This document shows positions 19,866-28,890 of a DNA stretch of 64,000 bases, piece by piece. Within the stretch, counting starts at the first letter, position 1, and each line of letters starts with the position of its first letter. A program made the position numbers and the translations under genes. Location of the stretch: contig CBDCNQ010000005.1 in assembly GCA_965219445.1 (NCBI GenBank), forward strand, positions 1,248,001-1,312,000. The letters run 5' to 3'. The notes beneath the pieces are model-generated. The model had not been told where the DNA came from. It saw only the letters and a program-made list of their open reading frames with translations, and did no database searches. The DNA is from Longimicrobiales bacterium. Its GTDB lineage: Bacteria; Gemmatimonadota; Gemmatimonadetes; Longimicrobiales; Gaopeijiaceae.

Positions 19866-21106
19866 CGGAGGGGTGGCTCCAGGTCTGGCGGGTGCTCCAG
19901 GCAGTCGTCGCACTCTTGGTGTTCGGTGTGCTGCTCGTAAGTGTTTGGGAACTGCTGAACCCATTCGTTTTCTTCTGGATCCTCGTCGTGGTGTTGCTCC
20001 CTTTCCGGGGAATGCCGGGGCACGGCCTACTCGTTTTCGTGGCCGCGATCCTCACGGTGTACTGGCTGCTGGCTACGACGGGATTCCTGCTTGCCCCGTT
20101 TGTTCTCGGTTTCGTTTTTGCATATGTGCTGGACCCGCTGGTGGACGCGTTGGTGGAGCGCCGCGTGGGGCGGACCACCGCGATCGTCCTGTTAGCGTTG
20201 CCGGTAGCGGGTGCGGGGGGTGTGGCCGTTTTGTACGGGATCCCGGCACTTGTGGGCCAGGTCGACGAGCTCGTCCAGTCGGCTCCCGAGTTGGTCGCGC
20301 GAGTGGGCGGATGGTTCAGTGGGCTTCGAGAGCGACTCATCCTCGCGGGCATTGGGGGTCTCGATGAAAGCACCATCCCAGATCTGACGGCCCTCGATCC
20401 TGAGCAGATCGTCGCGTTCCTTCAGGAGCGCCGCGAGCGGCTGGCCAGCGGCACATGGCGAGGCGTTCTGGGGCTGGGTCGTGGTCTCGGGTCCGCCGCT
20501 ACCGTCGCTGGCTACGTGTTCCTCACACCGGTTCTTACGTTCTACCTGCTTCGGGATTATGACCGTGTTCTTGCATGGCTTCGGGGGCTCCTCCCGCGTA
20601 GCCGTGAGGACGAGGTGGTGGAGTTCACACGTGAATACGATGTACTGCTGTCCAGGTACCTACGCGGACAGCTGACGGTGGCACTCATCCTGGGGGTCGT
20701 GACCGGAGCGCTGCTGTTCGTCGTGCGGTTTCAGTACCCCTTCCTTCTGGGAGCGTTGGCCGGGGTCATGGGGCTCATCCCTTTTCTTGGGTTCGTGCTC
20801 AGCATCATTCCCGCGGTGATTGTCGCTCTGGTCAGCGGCAGCGTGCTGGTGTCGCTGGTCAAGGTCGCGGCCGTCTACGGATCGGTTCAGGTTCTGGAGG
20901 GGGCGGTCATCAGTCCCAGGATTGTTGGTGAGTCGGTGGGACTACACCCGGTTTGGATTGTCCTGGCGCTGTCCGTGGGTGGATTCTTCTTCGGATTCGT
21001 AGGACTGCTGATCGGTGTGCCCGTGGCGGTGGGTGTAAAACTGTTGGCGGGTCGGGGTCTGGAGCGGTACCGGCGCTCGGAGCTGTATGAGGGTGCGGAG
21101 GGCTGA
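19862..21106 (+). CDS. AI-2E family transporter
   Basis: Multi-TM protein with FYLLRD, RYLRGQL, IPFLG, PRIVGESVGLHP. Confidence 0.9.
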   Translation: MTEGWLQVWRVLQAVVALLVFGVLLVSVWELLNPFVFFWILVVVLLPFRGMPGHGLLVFVAAILTVYWLLATTGFLLAPFVLGFVFAYVLDPLVDALVERRVGRTTAIVLLALPVAGAGGVAVLYGIPALVGQVDELVQSAPELVARVGGWFSGLRERLILAGIGGLDESTIPDLTALDPEQIVAFLQERRERLASGTWRGVLGLGRGLGSAATVAGYVFLTPVLTFYLLRDYDRVLAWLRGLLPRSREDEVVEFTREYDVLLSRYLRGQLTVALILGVVTGALLFVVRFQYPFLLGALAGVMGLIPFLGFVLSIIPAVIVALVSGSVLVSLVKVAAVYGSVQVLEGAVISPRIVGESVGLHPVWIVLALSVGGFFFGFVGLLIGVPVAVGVKLLAGRGLERYRRSELYEGAEG

Positions 21107-21306
21107 TCTCACCCGGTTGGATGTCGTTGAACCCAGGGTTACTCTTGAAGGTTGTTGCCCCGAATCTGACGGCTCGTTGCCGGACGTCCACTCAGCTTGG
21201 GCGGCTGCATTCCCCCGAAATGGGGAACCACCACGGATTAGGCGACTGGAAACGGGCCCGCTGCCAATGTGCGGGCCGATTCGTGCTCACTCCAGAAGAT
21301 TGAACG

Positions 21307-22293
21307 ATGTCTGAGCGTAAACACGAACAGATTGTCATCATAGGATCGGGGCCGGCAGCCTGGACAGCTGCGATTTATGCAGCCCGCGCCAATCTTTCTC
21401 CGCTCGTCGTGGAGGGAGCCGGCAGCCGCACCATGATTCCTGGTGGGCAACTCATGTTCACGACGGAGGTCGAGAACTACCCGGGCTTCCCCGCGGGTGT
21501 GACGGGGATCGACATGATGGCCGATTTCAAGACGCAAGCCGTGCGCTTCGACACACGCGTGATCACCGATGACGTGACCGAGGTGGATTTTTCAGTCCGC
21601 CCACTCCTGCTGAAGACCAGCGGCGGCACGGAGATCGAGAGCGATACCGTCATCCTCGCCACGGGGGCCAACGCCAATTGGATCGGCCTGGAGAACGAGC
21701 AACGCTTGGCACAGAGCGGGGGTGGCGTGTCCGCGTGCGCGGTCTGCGATGGCGCGCTTCCCCACTTCCGGAACCAGGTCATCGCGATCGTCGGTGGGGG
21801 TGACAGTGCGATGGAGGACGCGCTCTACATGTCGAAGTTCGCGAAAGAGGCCGTCGTCATTCATCGGCGGGAGGAGTTGCGGGCGTCCAAGATCATGCAG
21901 GATAGGGCGTTCGCGGAAGAGAAGATTCGTTTCGAGTGGAATCAGAACGTGGTCGACGTTTTGGGAGACGGCGTGATCACCGGCGTGCTCCTTCGGGACA
22001 CCGTTACCGGTGAGGAGCGGGAACTCGACGTCGGTGGGCTATTCATCGCGATCGGGCACGATCCCAACACCGGGTTCTTGAACGGCCAGGTGAAGCTCAA
22101 AGACAACGGCTTCGTAGAGTTGGCGACGTCATGGAGGACGGTCACATCCGTCCCGGGGGTATTCGCCGCGGGCGACGTGATGGACGATTTCTTCAAGCAG
22201 GCCGTTACGGCGGCCGGAACCGGTTGCATGGCGGCCCTTGAGGCCGAGCGTTGGCTCGCCCACGGCGGGCCGGAGAGCGCCTCGGAGGGATAG
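21307..22293 (+). CDS. trxB: Thioredoxin reductase
   Basis: IIGSGPA, GGQLMFTTEVENYPGF, CAVC, GGGDSA, FAAGDV. Confidence 0.95.
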   Translation: MSERKHEQIVIIGSGPAAWTAAIYAARANLSPLVVEGAGSRTMIPGGQLMFTTEVENYPGFPAGVTGIDMMADFKTQAVRFDTRVITDDVTEVDFSVRPLLLKTSGGTEIESDTVILATGANANWIGLENEQRLAQSGGGVSACAVCDGALPHFRNQVIAIVGGGDSAMEDALYMSKFAKEAVVIHRREELRASKIMQDRAFAEEKIRFEWNQNVVDVLGDGVITGVLLRDTVTGEERELDVGGLFIAIGHDPNTGFLNGQVKLKDNGFVELATSWRTVTSVPGVFAAGDVMDDFFKQAVTAAGTGCMAALEAERWLAHGGPESASEG

Positions 22294-22328
22294 AAGGCTG
22301 TTGAAGAGTACAGCGGGTCCCGAGACGC

Positions 22329-23066
22329 TCAGTAAAATCCTCCGGTCTGGTCGAGTGTCCCGCCACCGTCCACGACGATGGTCTGGCCGGTGATGAATGG
22401 AGACTCCACGAGGAACAGCACGGTGCGTGTCATGTCCTCCGGCGTTCCGGGCCTTTGGAGCAGCGTGGACTGGACCTCGCTTTCGACGGCGGCTTCAGAC
22501 ATACCCTCGGGCGCGAGCACGAGACCGGGGGCCACCGCGTTGACCCTCACTTCGGGCGCCAACGCGACGGCCTGGATCCGAGTGAGATGCATGAGCCCAG
22601 CTTTGGCGATCGAGTGATGAGCGTACCGGACCCATGGTTTAAGGCCCATGTGGTCCGCGACATTCACGATTGCCCCCGTGGATGAGCGGAGAAGGGGCGC
22701 GAATTCGCGCACAAGCAGGTGTGGACCCTTGAGGTTGACCCCCATGACGCGGTCCCATTCCTCCGACTCGATTTCGAGCAAGGAAGTGGAAATGAAGTTC
22801 GCTGCGGAGTTAACGAGCACGTCCAGGCGTCCGAATCGCTCCCGGACCGAGTGCCCGATCCGTTCGACCGCCGAAGCGTCCGAGACATCGCCAGGTGCCA
22901 AGAGGACCTCTCGACCCTGGTCGGTGAGTTCCGCCTCGAGAGTTCTGGCGGGCGCCTCGGACGAGTGGTAATTCACAACCATGTCATAGCCGGCGTCGGC
23001 CAGGGCAAGCGTGATGGCGCGTCCGGCGCGGACTGCACCGCCTGTGACGAGAGCGACCGGAGACAT
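22329..23066 (-). CDS. SDR oxidoreductase, pteridine reductase/FolM-like
   Basis: ALVTGGAVRAG (Arg in the Gly-loop as in PTR1/FolM), VNYHSS, VRVNAVAPG, ITGQTIVVDGG. Confidence 0.8.
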   Translation of the reverse strand: MSPVALVTGGAVRAGRAITLALADAGYDMVVNYHSSEAPARTLEAELTDQGREVLLAPGDVSDASAVERIGHSVRERFGRLDVLVNSAANFISTSLLEIESEEWDRVMGVNLKGPHLLVREFAPLLRSSTGAIVNVADHMGLKPWVRYAHHSIAKAGLMHLTRIQAVALAPEVRVNAVAPGLVLAPEGMSEAAVESEVQSTLLQRPGTPEDMTRTVLFLVESPFITGQTIVVDGGGTLDQTGGFY

Positions 23067-23137
23067 GGGCTGCAACCTACGAATGGCCAAGACACTTCTG
23101 GGACACCACACTAGACTCGAATACGGGAGACGACAAG

Positions 23138-23854
23138 ATGGATTTGACGGGAAGGGCATGTCTGGTGACCGGCGCCTCCAGGGGAATCGGACGCGCCATA
23201 GGTGAGGCCCTTGCGGCGGCAGGAGCGGATGTGGTGATCAGTGCGCGGACCTCGTCAGAGGTCGAGCACGTAGCCGGGGAAATGGACGCCGACTCCGCCG
23301 GCCGGGTGGTCGGCGTCAGCGCCGATGTGTCCCGCCCCGAGGACTGCCTCCGCCTCGTCCAGGAGACGGTGGATGCGCTGGGCCGCCTGGACGTTGTCGT
23401 GAACAACGCCGGCGTGGGGGTTCTTGCCTCCATCGAAGATCTCTCTGTCGGGGACTGGCAGACCCAGATCGATACGAACCTCAGGGGCGTGTACTGTTGT
23501 TCGAAGGCGGCTGTACCACACCTCAAGGCGACGGAGGGGTGGATCATCAACATCGGATCGCTTGCTGGACGAAACCCCTTCGCGGGTGGTAGTGGATACA
23601 ACGCGAGTAAGTTTGGGTTGGTGGGAATGACGGAGGCCATGATGCTCGACCTTCGGCAGTTGGGAATCCGAGTGAGCATGGTGATGCCGGGAAGCGTGAA
23701 CACGCGCTTCGGCGGGGACTACCCCGACGGGGGACGTGCCTGGGCGTTGGGGGCGGACGATGTCGCCTCGGCCGTGCTCCATCTTCTTTCCTACCCCGAT
23801 AACGCCCATGTCAGTCGGGTGGAGATGCGGCCCAGCCGCCCGCCTAAGAAGTAG
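23138..23854 (+). CDS. Classical SDR oxidoreductase
   Basis: TGASRGIG, NNAG, YNASK. Confidence 0.9.
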   Translation: MDLTGRACLVTGASRGIGRAIGEALAAAGADVVISARTSSEVEHVAGEMDADSAGRVVGVSADVSRPEDCLRLVQETVDALGRLDVVVNNAGVGVLASIEDLSVGDWQTQIDTNLRGVYCCSKAAVPHLKATEGWIINIGSLAGRNPFAGGSGYNASKFGLVGMTEAMMLDLRQLGIRVSMVMPGSVNTRFGGDYPDGGRAWALGADDVASAVLHLLSYPDNAHVSRVEMRPSRPPKK

Positions 23855-23892
23855 GATAGATTTAGATCCACCCCACAACGAACGAGGCAGCC

Positions 23893-25287
23893 ATGTCGGA
23901 CGGCTATCGAATAGAAAAGGACTCTCTCGGTGAGGTCCGCGTACCCACGGACGCGTTATACGGCGCGCAGACGCAGCGGGCGGTCGAGAACTTCCCCATC
24001 AGCGGACGGCGTTTCGGACGGGGCTTCATCCAGGCGCTCGGCCTGTTGAAGAAGGCCGCGGCCCTCACCAACCAGGAGCTTGGAAACCTCGAGGATGAAG
24101 TTGCCGAGGCCATCGCCGCAGCGGCGGAGGAGGTGGCAGCGGGTGAGTGGGATGATGAGTTCATTCTGGACATCTATCAGACCGGATCGGGCACTTCGAC
24201 GAACATGAACGCCAATGAGGTCGTGGCTCACCGTGCGAACCAGATCGTCGGAGGCGACGGGTCGGTGCATCCCAATGATCATGTCAACTTTGGGCAGTCG
24301 TCGAACGACCTTATTCCCTCAGCCATCCATATCGCGGCGCGCGTGGCGATGGAGCGAGAGCTCATCCCGGCGCTTACCCATCTGAGGGACGCGCTCTCAG
24401 CGAAGGCCGAGGCGTTCGATCATGTCGTAAAGTCGGGACGGACTCATCTGATGGACGCCACTCCTGTACGGCTTGGCCAGCAGTTTGGTGGTTATGCCCA
24501 TCAAATGACGAAGGGGATCGAGCGGGTTCGTCGTGCGTCGGAGGAGCTGGCTGAGCTGGCGCTTGGTGGAACAGCGGTGGGCACTGGCATCAATACACAC
24601 CCCGAGTTCGCCACGCGCGCGATCGCGCTCGTTTCGGAGGAGCTCGACCTGGAGTTTCACGAGGCCGAGAACCACTTCGAAGCACAGGCAGCCAAGGACG
24701 CTGCAGTGAACGCGGCGGGTGCCCTGAATACGATTGCGACGAGCTTCTTCAAGATCGCCGATGACGTGAGATGGCTGGCGAGCGGACCGACGTCCGGGAT
24801 CTCGGAGATCCTGCTCCCCGCGGTTCAACCCGGCAGCTCGATCATGCCCGGGAAGGTGAATCCGGTGATGTGCGAAGCCATGATGATGGTGGGCGCGCGT
24901 GTGATGGGAAACCACACTACCGTGACCATCGCAGGCCAGCGAGGCAATTTCGAGCTAAACGTGATGATGCCGGTACTCGCTCAGGCGCTTCTCGAGTCCA
25001 TCACGTTGCTCTCCAACGTGGCGAGGACGTTCGCCGATCGGTGCGTCGACGGGATCGAGGCCGATGAGCCGCGAGCGAAGGAGCTTCTCGAAAAAAATCC
25101 ATCGATTGCCACCGCGCTCAATCCGTCCATCGGTTATGACAAGGCGACGGAGGTGGCCAAGGAGGCTGCCCGGGAGGGACTGTCAGTCCGCGATGTCGTG
25201 GAAAAGAAAGGGTTGCTCGCACCCGAGGAGATCGACGGGGCTCTCGACGTCCGGGCAATGACCGAGCCGGGACTGCCCGGGTCCTAA
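23893..25287 (+). CDS. fumC: Class II fumarate hydratase
   Basis: GAQTQRA, QTGSGTSTNMN, KSGRTHLMDATP, GSSIMPGKVNP. Confidence 0.95.
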   Translation: MSDGYRIEKDSLGEVRVPTDALYGAQTQRAVENFPISGRRFGRGFIQALGLLKKAAALTNQELGNLEDEVAEAIAAAAEEVAAGEWDDEFILDIYQTGSGTSTNMNANEVVAHRANQIVGGDGSVHPNDHVNFGQSSNDLIPSAIHIAARVAMERELIPALTHLRDALSAKAEAFDHVVKSGRTHLMDATPVRLGQQFGGYAHQMTKGIERVRRASEELAELALGGTAVGTGINTHPEFATRAIALVSEELDLEFHEAENHFEAQAAKDAAVNAAGALNTIATSFFKIADDVRWLASGPTSGISEILLPAVQPGSSIMPGKVNPVMCEAMMMVGARVMGNHTTVTIAGQRGNFELNVMMPVLAQALLESITLLSNVARTFADRCVDGIEADEPRAKELLEKNPSIATALNPSIGYDKATEVAKEAAREGLSVRDVVEKKGLLAPEEIDGALDVRAMTEPGLPGS

Positions 25288-25452
25288 TACTCGGGCCCTA
25301 GTGCCGGGGACCTAGCCCCCCAAAACAAGTCACCCGACGCGCCGAACTGGCCATTCGCAACAGCAACCCTTGCCTCGAGGGAGGAGTCACGGTGATGACG
25401 CAGCCAACGCGCCGGGCTAAGGCGCTAAGGCCGGGTAAGGCTCTAATCCGGC

Positions 25453-25911
25453 TCAGGCACTCTTCAGGTTGAAGTGGAGTTGCTTCTTCCCGAGTTTTTT
25501 GTTCGCGACGGGAGCGGGCACGCCACCATCGGGGAGCACCCGCGTGACCGAGCCGTCCACGTAGAGCGGGTAGGCCCAGGAGGTTCCGTAGCGGACCACT
25601 TGTACCAGTTTCGGCCGGTTCGAAATCTTGCCCAGCGCAATGGGTTCAGTGATGCGGCGCCAGATCCGGTCGACGAGACCCATCCGCTCACTCACAGAAT
25701 CGGCCCACATCGCGAGCTGAATCTGCTTCCGGTCGGAAACCGACATGGATCGAACGATCTTCCGATGACCCGGAAAAGTGTGCGAAAGAAGGAAGGCGAG
25801 TGCCTCCACGTCCGGGGCGGGGTCTACACGTACCTCGTGATTACCGGGTGTGCGCACCCGCCGGCGGTCGGAAATGTCCAGAAAACCATCTGCGTGAACT
25901 CGAGTTCTCAT
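25453..25911 (-). CDS. Hypothetical protein
   Basis: 152-aa ORF with protein-like composition, preceded by an AT-rich intergenic region. Confidence 0.6.
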   Translation of the reverse strand: MRTRVHADGFLDISDRRRVRTPGNHEVRVDPAPDVEALAFLLSHTFPGHRKIVRSMSVSDRKQIQLAMWADSVSERMGLVDRIWRRITEPIALGKISNRPKLVQVVRYGTSWAYPLYVDGSVTRVLPDGGVPAPVANKKLGKKQLHFNLKSA

Positions 25912-26180
25912 GTCGATGAGGCCTTTCGATCGAGAAAGATTCCGTTGTGGTTAACAGTTTGTTTACGACAAGTCCCGTGCCGTTTGAGCTCCAGGAGCGA
26001 TCGAACGCCGCGTCGGGATCATAAATTATTGTATGACAATGTTTTAGGTATTCTACACGCGGATGGTGCGGCTCAACCAAGGCCCCGCACTGTTGGGCAA
26101 ATTGTGATGACGGCGGCAAAAAATGCCCATTGTGAGGTGGAAGTGTTGGAAATAAATGCGGGTCGGCCACTGGGGATCGC

Positions 26181-26210
26181 TGGACAGTCCTAGAGACGGC
26201 GGCCTATATT
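26181..26210 (+). promoter_or_regulatory. Sigma70-type promoter of the ncRNA
   Basis: TGGACA-N18-TATATT just upstream of the predicted RNA 5' end. Confidence 0.55.
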
Positions 26211-26216
26211 GAGCAG

Positions 26217-26367
26217 TGCGTACTGGGGGGCTCGTTTATTGAGCCAACACCCGTGAAGCCGGGACCGGCTCTTTCGTCCCACGTCACGCCCTGAAAGGGG
26301 AAGGCGGAATTCGAGAGGAGGTCACCTTACAGTGTCCCTGGGCTTCAATAATTTCCCTCTAGTGCGT
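26217..26367 (+). ncRNA. ssrS: Probable 6S RNA
   Basis: Ends pair (GCGTACTGGGGGG with CCCTCTAGTGCGT; TTATTGAGCC with GGCTTCAATAA) around a central bubble and apical stem. About 150 nt, with its own promoter and downstream hairpin. Confidence 0.7.
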
Positions 26368-26374
26368 TTTATTC

Positions 26375-26407
26375 GAGAGGCCGGGACCCGTGTGGTTCCG
26401 GCCTCTT
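26375..26407 (+). terminator. Hairpin/terminator downstream of the ncRNA
   Basis: GAGAGGCCGGGACC-loop-GGTTCCGGCCTCTT. Confidence 0.6.
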
Positions 26408-26506
26408 GGAATTTCTGACGACCCTTTGATCCGTCCCGAGTGGGGAGAGCACGACGCGTGATCGAGAGTACGCGCAGGATTCTGAACGAACGGGGGTCGC
26501 ACGCAG

Positions 26507-27700
26507 ATGCGTAGCGGACCTGCTTGGCTCGCGCTCGGTCTGGCGCTGATGAGCGCCAGTTCTGCCTGCGCCCAGGAGGACGAGCACCTCGAAAAGGTAC
26601 GACGGGTCCTGTCGGCGACACCTCTCTTCGACGGCCACAATGATCTTCCGTGGACCATCCGTGAACAGGAGGTTGTGCCCCACAGCGTGCACGCGTACGA
26701 CTTGCGAGCGACCACTCCCGGCCATACCGACATCGCCCGCCTGCACGCCGGGATGGTGGGTGCACAATTCTGGTCGGTCTACGTCGACATGGGGTCGGTG
26801 GAGGTTGGCGCGGCCAGGGTTCAGCTGGAGCAGATCGACATCGCTCGGCAGGTCATCCGCGCGTACCCGGATGTCCTCGAACAGGCGTACACGACCTCGG
26901 ACGTGGAGCGGATCTTCAGATCGGGCAGGATCGCGTCGGTTCTCGGGATGGAGGGCGGCCACGCCATCGAAAACTCTCTCGGTGCGCTTCGGGCCTACTA
27001 TGATCTGGGGGTGCGGTACATGACTCTCACGCATTCCGGCAATGCCGACTGGGCCGACTCGGCGACCGACGATGCGGAGCACGGGGGCCTGACGGATTTC
27101 GGCAGGGAGGTGGTGGGGGAGATGAACCGACTCGGCATGTTGGTGGACCTGTCACACACGTCCACCGAAACGATGAACGATGTCCTCGATATCGCCGAGG
27201 CACCTGTGATTTTTTCCCATTCCGGTGCGCAGGGGCTGACCGGCCATCGAAGGAACGTGCCCGATCAGGTCCTCCAGCGCCTTTCGGAGAACGGGGGTGT
27301 GGTCATGGTGGTGTTCTACCCATGGCATGTGTCGGAGGCCCTGCGCACGTACGACGGTCCGGGAGATCCTCCGTGGGCTACTCTCCTCGATGTGGCGGAT
27401 CACATCGAATACGTTCGTGACGTGGCCGGCCTCGACCATGTGGGTCTCGGTTCGGACTTCGACGGAATGGAACCGGATCCCCCCCCCGAGGGGCTCGAGG
27501 ACGTGTCGAAATTTCCGGCGCTCCTCGCCGAGCTGTCCCGTCGCGGATGGAGCGAAGGTGATCTTTCGAAGCTCGCTGGAAGGAATGTCCTCCGCGCTTG
27601 GAGTGCGGCGGAGAACGCAGCGGCGCGAATCCAGGAGCGGCGCGGACCCTCCAACGCCACCATCGAAGGGCTCGACGGACGCTCTCCAGCCCGGGACTAG
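26507..27700 (+). CDS. Secreted membrane dipeptidase (peptidase M19)
   Basis: Signal peptide, DGHNDLPW, QFWSVY, GMEGGH, YMTLTH, VDLSH, GSDFDG. Confidence 0.92.
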   Translation: MRSGPAWLALGLALMSASSACAQEDEHLEKVRRVLSATPLFDGHNDLPWTIREQEVVPHSVHAYDLRATTPGHTDIARLHAGMVGAQFWSVYVDMGSVEVGAARVQLEQIDIARQVIRAYPDVLEQAYTTSDVERIFRSGRIASVLGMEGGHAIENSLGALRAYYDLGVRYMTLTHSGNADWADSATDDAEHGGLTDFGREVVGEMNRLGMLVDLSHTSTETMNDVLDIAEAPVIFSHSGAQGLTGHRRNVPDQVLQRLSENGGVVMVVFYPWHVSEALRTYDGPGDPPWATLLDVADHIEYVRDVAGLDHVGLGSDFDGMEPDPPPEGLEDVSKFPALLAELSRRGWSEGDLSKLAGRNVLRAWSAAENAAARIQERRGPSNATIEGLDGRSPARD

Positions 27701-28098
27701 CCTACCTGGCGGCACTCCGGGCAATGTCCGTAAAGCACCAGCTCGTGGGCGTCGACCACGAAGCCGGGCGCTGCTAGCCGCTCAATGTCTTCTGGACAGG
27801 CTGCGACGTCGAACGCGAACCCGCACTCCCGGCAGATGAAGTGGTGATGATGAGGCTTTCCGCACCGCTCGTAACGGGCCGGCACGCCGGGAAGCTCGAC
27901 CGAGTGGAGCCACCCCTCGTCCGACAGAGACTTGATGTTGCGGTACACCGTTGCGATGCCGAGAGACGGAACGAGCGCGCGGCCCGCGGCCAGTACCTCG
28001 TCCGTGCTCAGCGGCCTTCGTTCACGTGTAAAGATCTCACGTATGGCCCGCCGCTGTCTGGTGTTGCGCTCCACTTGAATGGCCACTCCGTTCAGCAA
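27697..28098 (-). CDS. Fur-family metalloregulator (Zur-like); start uncertain
   Basis: TRQRRAI, ATVYRN, HHHHFICRECG, GHCPEC. Confidence 0.9.
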   Translation of the reverse strand: MLNGVAIQVERNTRQRRAIREIFTRERRPLSTDEVLAAGRALVPSLGIATVYRNIKSLSDEGWLHSVELPGVPARYERCGKPHHHHFICRECGFAFDVAACPEDIERLAAPGFVVDAHELVLYGHCPECRQVG

Positions 28099-28114
28099 TC
28101 CGTCCGTACACTCT

Positions 28115-28130
28115 TGATAATCGGTTATCG
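28115..28130. promoter_or_regulatory. Fur/Zur-box-like palindrome between divergent fur and merC-like genes
   Basis: TGATAATCGGTTATCG (GATAA-N4-TTATC). Confidence 0.55.
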
Positions 28131-28239
28131 TTTACGCATCATCAAGTGTCCGGCGTCGTGAGCCAGCGCAGGTGACGACTTCGAGGCCGTGAGCCCGTGT
28201 GCCTCTCGGGTGGTCCTCATGCAGCAGGGAACCAGGAGC

Positions 28240-28692
28240 ATGGAAACAGGAACGATCCGGAAAAGCGATCGCGATCCGCTGGCCGCCTCGACCGAGGGTC
28301 CCGTAACCGGCTGGTCGGGGGTCCTACCGGCGATCTGCGCTGTGCACTGCCTGGCGATGCCGATTCTCGCTTCCACGCTTCCATTCTTCGCTGCGACCCA
28401 CGTCTGGGAAGTGTGGCTTCTGGGTGTTTCGGCCCTACTTGCTACGGTCGCTCTCGCGTCTTCCTGGCCTCTTCACGGGCGGTCCGCAGTCTGGGTCGTG
28501 GCTTCCCTGGGATTTGCTGTCTGGGTTGCGGCCCTCGCCGGATGGACGGGTCCTCTGCCCGAGAGCTTCATGTCACCCCTGGGGGGCTCGCTGGTCGCGA
28601 TTTCACTGTTCTGGAATGGACATTTGAGACACCAGGTGGTGTGCGGCTCCTGTGCCTGTCCAGTGCACCCGGTACGATCCGGTTTACCGTAG
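28240..28692 (+). CDS. MerC-domain membrane protein
   Basis: CAVHC in TM1, four TM segments, Cys/His-rich tail CGSCACPVH. AGGAG before ATG 28240. Confidence 0.8.
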   Translation: METGTIRKSDRDPLAASTEGPVTGWSGVLPAICAVHCLAMPILASTLPFFAATHVWEVWLLGVSALLATVALASSWPLHGRSAVWVVASLGFAVWVAALAGWTGPLPESFMSPLGGSLVAISLFWNGHLRHQVVCGSCACPVHPVRSGLP

Positions 28693-28890
28693 TCCGGCAC
28701 TGTCTTGGCCGATGGCGGGATTTTCGGCATCCGTTGAATCCCCGGCGGGCTCGCCGACTCAATCTCCCGCCGATCCCAACACAAGCGCCGTCCAACGTGT
28801 CTCTGATAGGAGTGCTCTAGCGGGTTGTGCACTCTGGGATCGGCTCATTCTTGAATTTCGACGAAGATCTTGAATTTTGAAAAGATACGG

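Noticed and set aside
25300..25450. Short CTAAGG-type repeats after fumC
   Set aside because: Too short and degenerate to support a function.
26217..26367. tmRNA or tRNA interpretation of the GGGGGG-starting RNA
   Set aside because: Too short for tmRNA, with no T-arm/CCA end or tag ORF. End-to-end pairing fits 6S better.
28240..28692. Mercury-resistance operon
   Set aside because: No merA, merR, merP or merT; the regulator is Fur-family.
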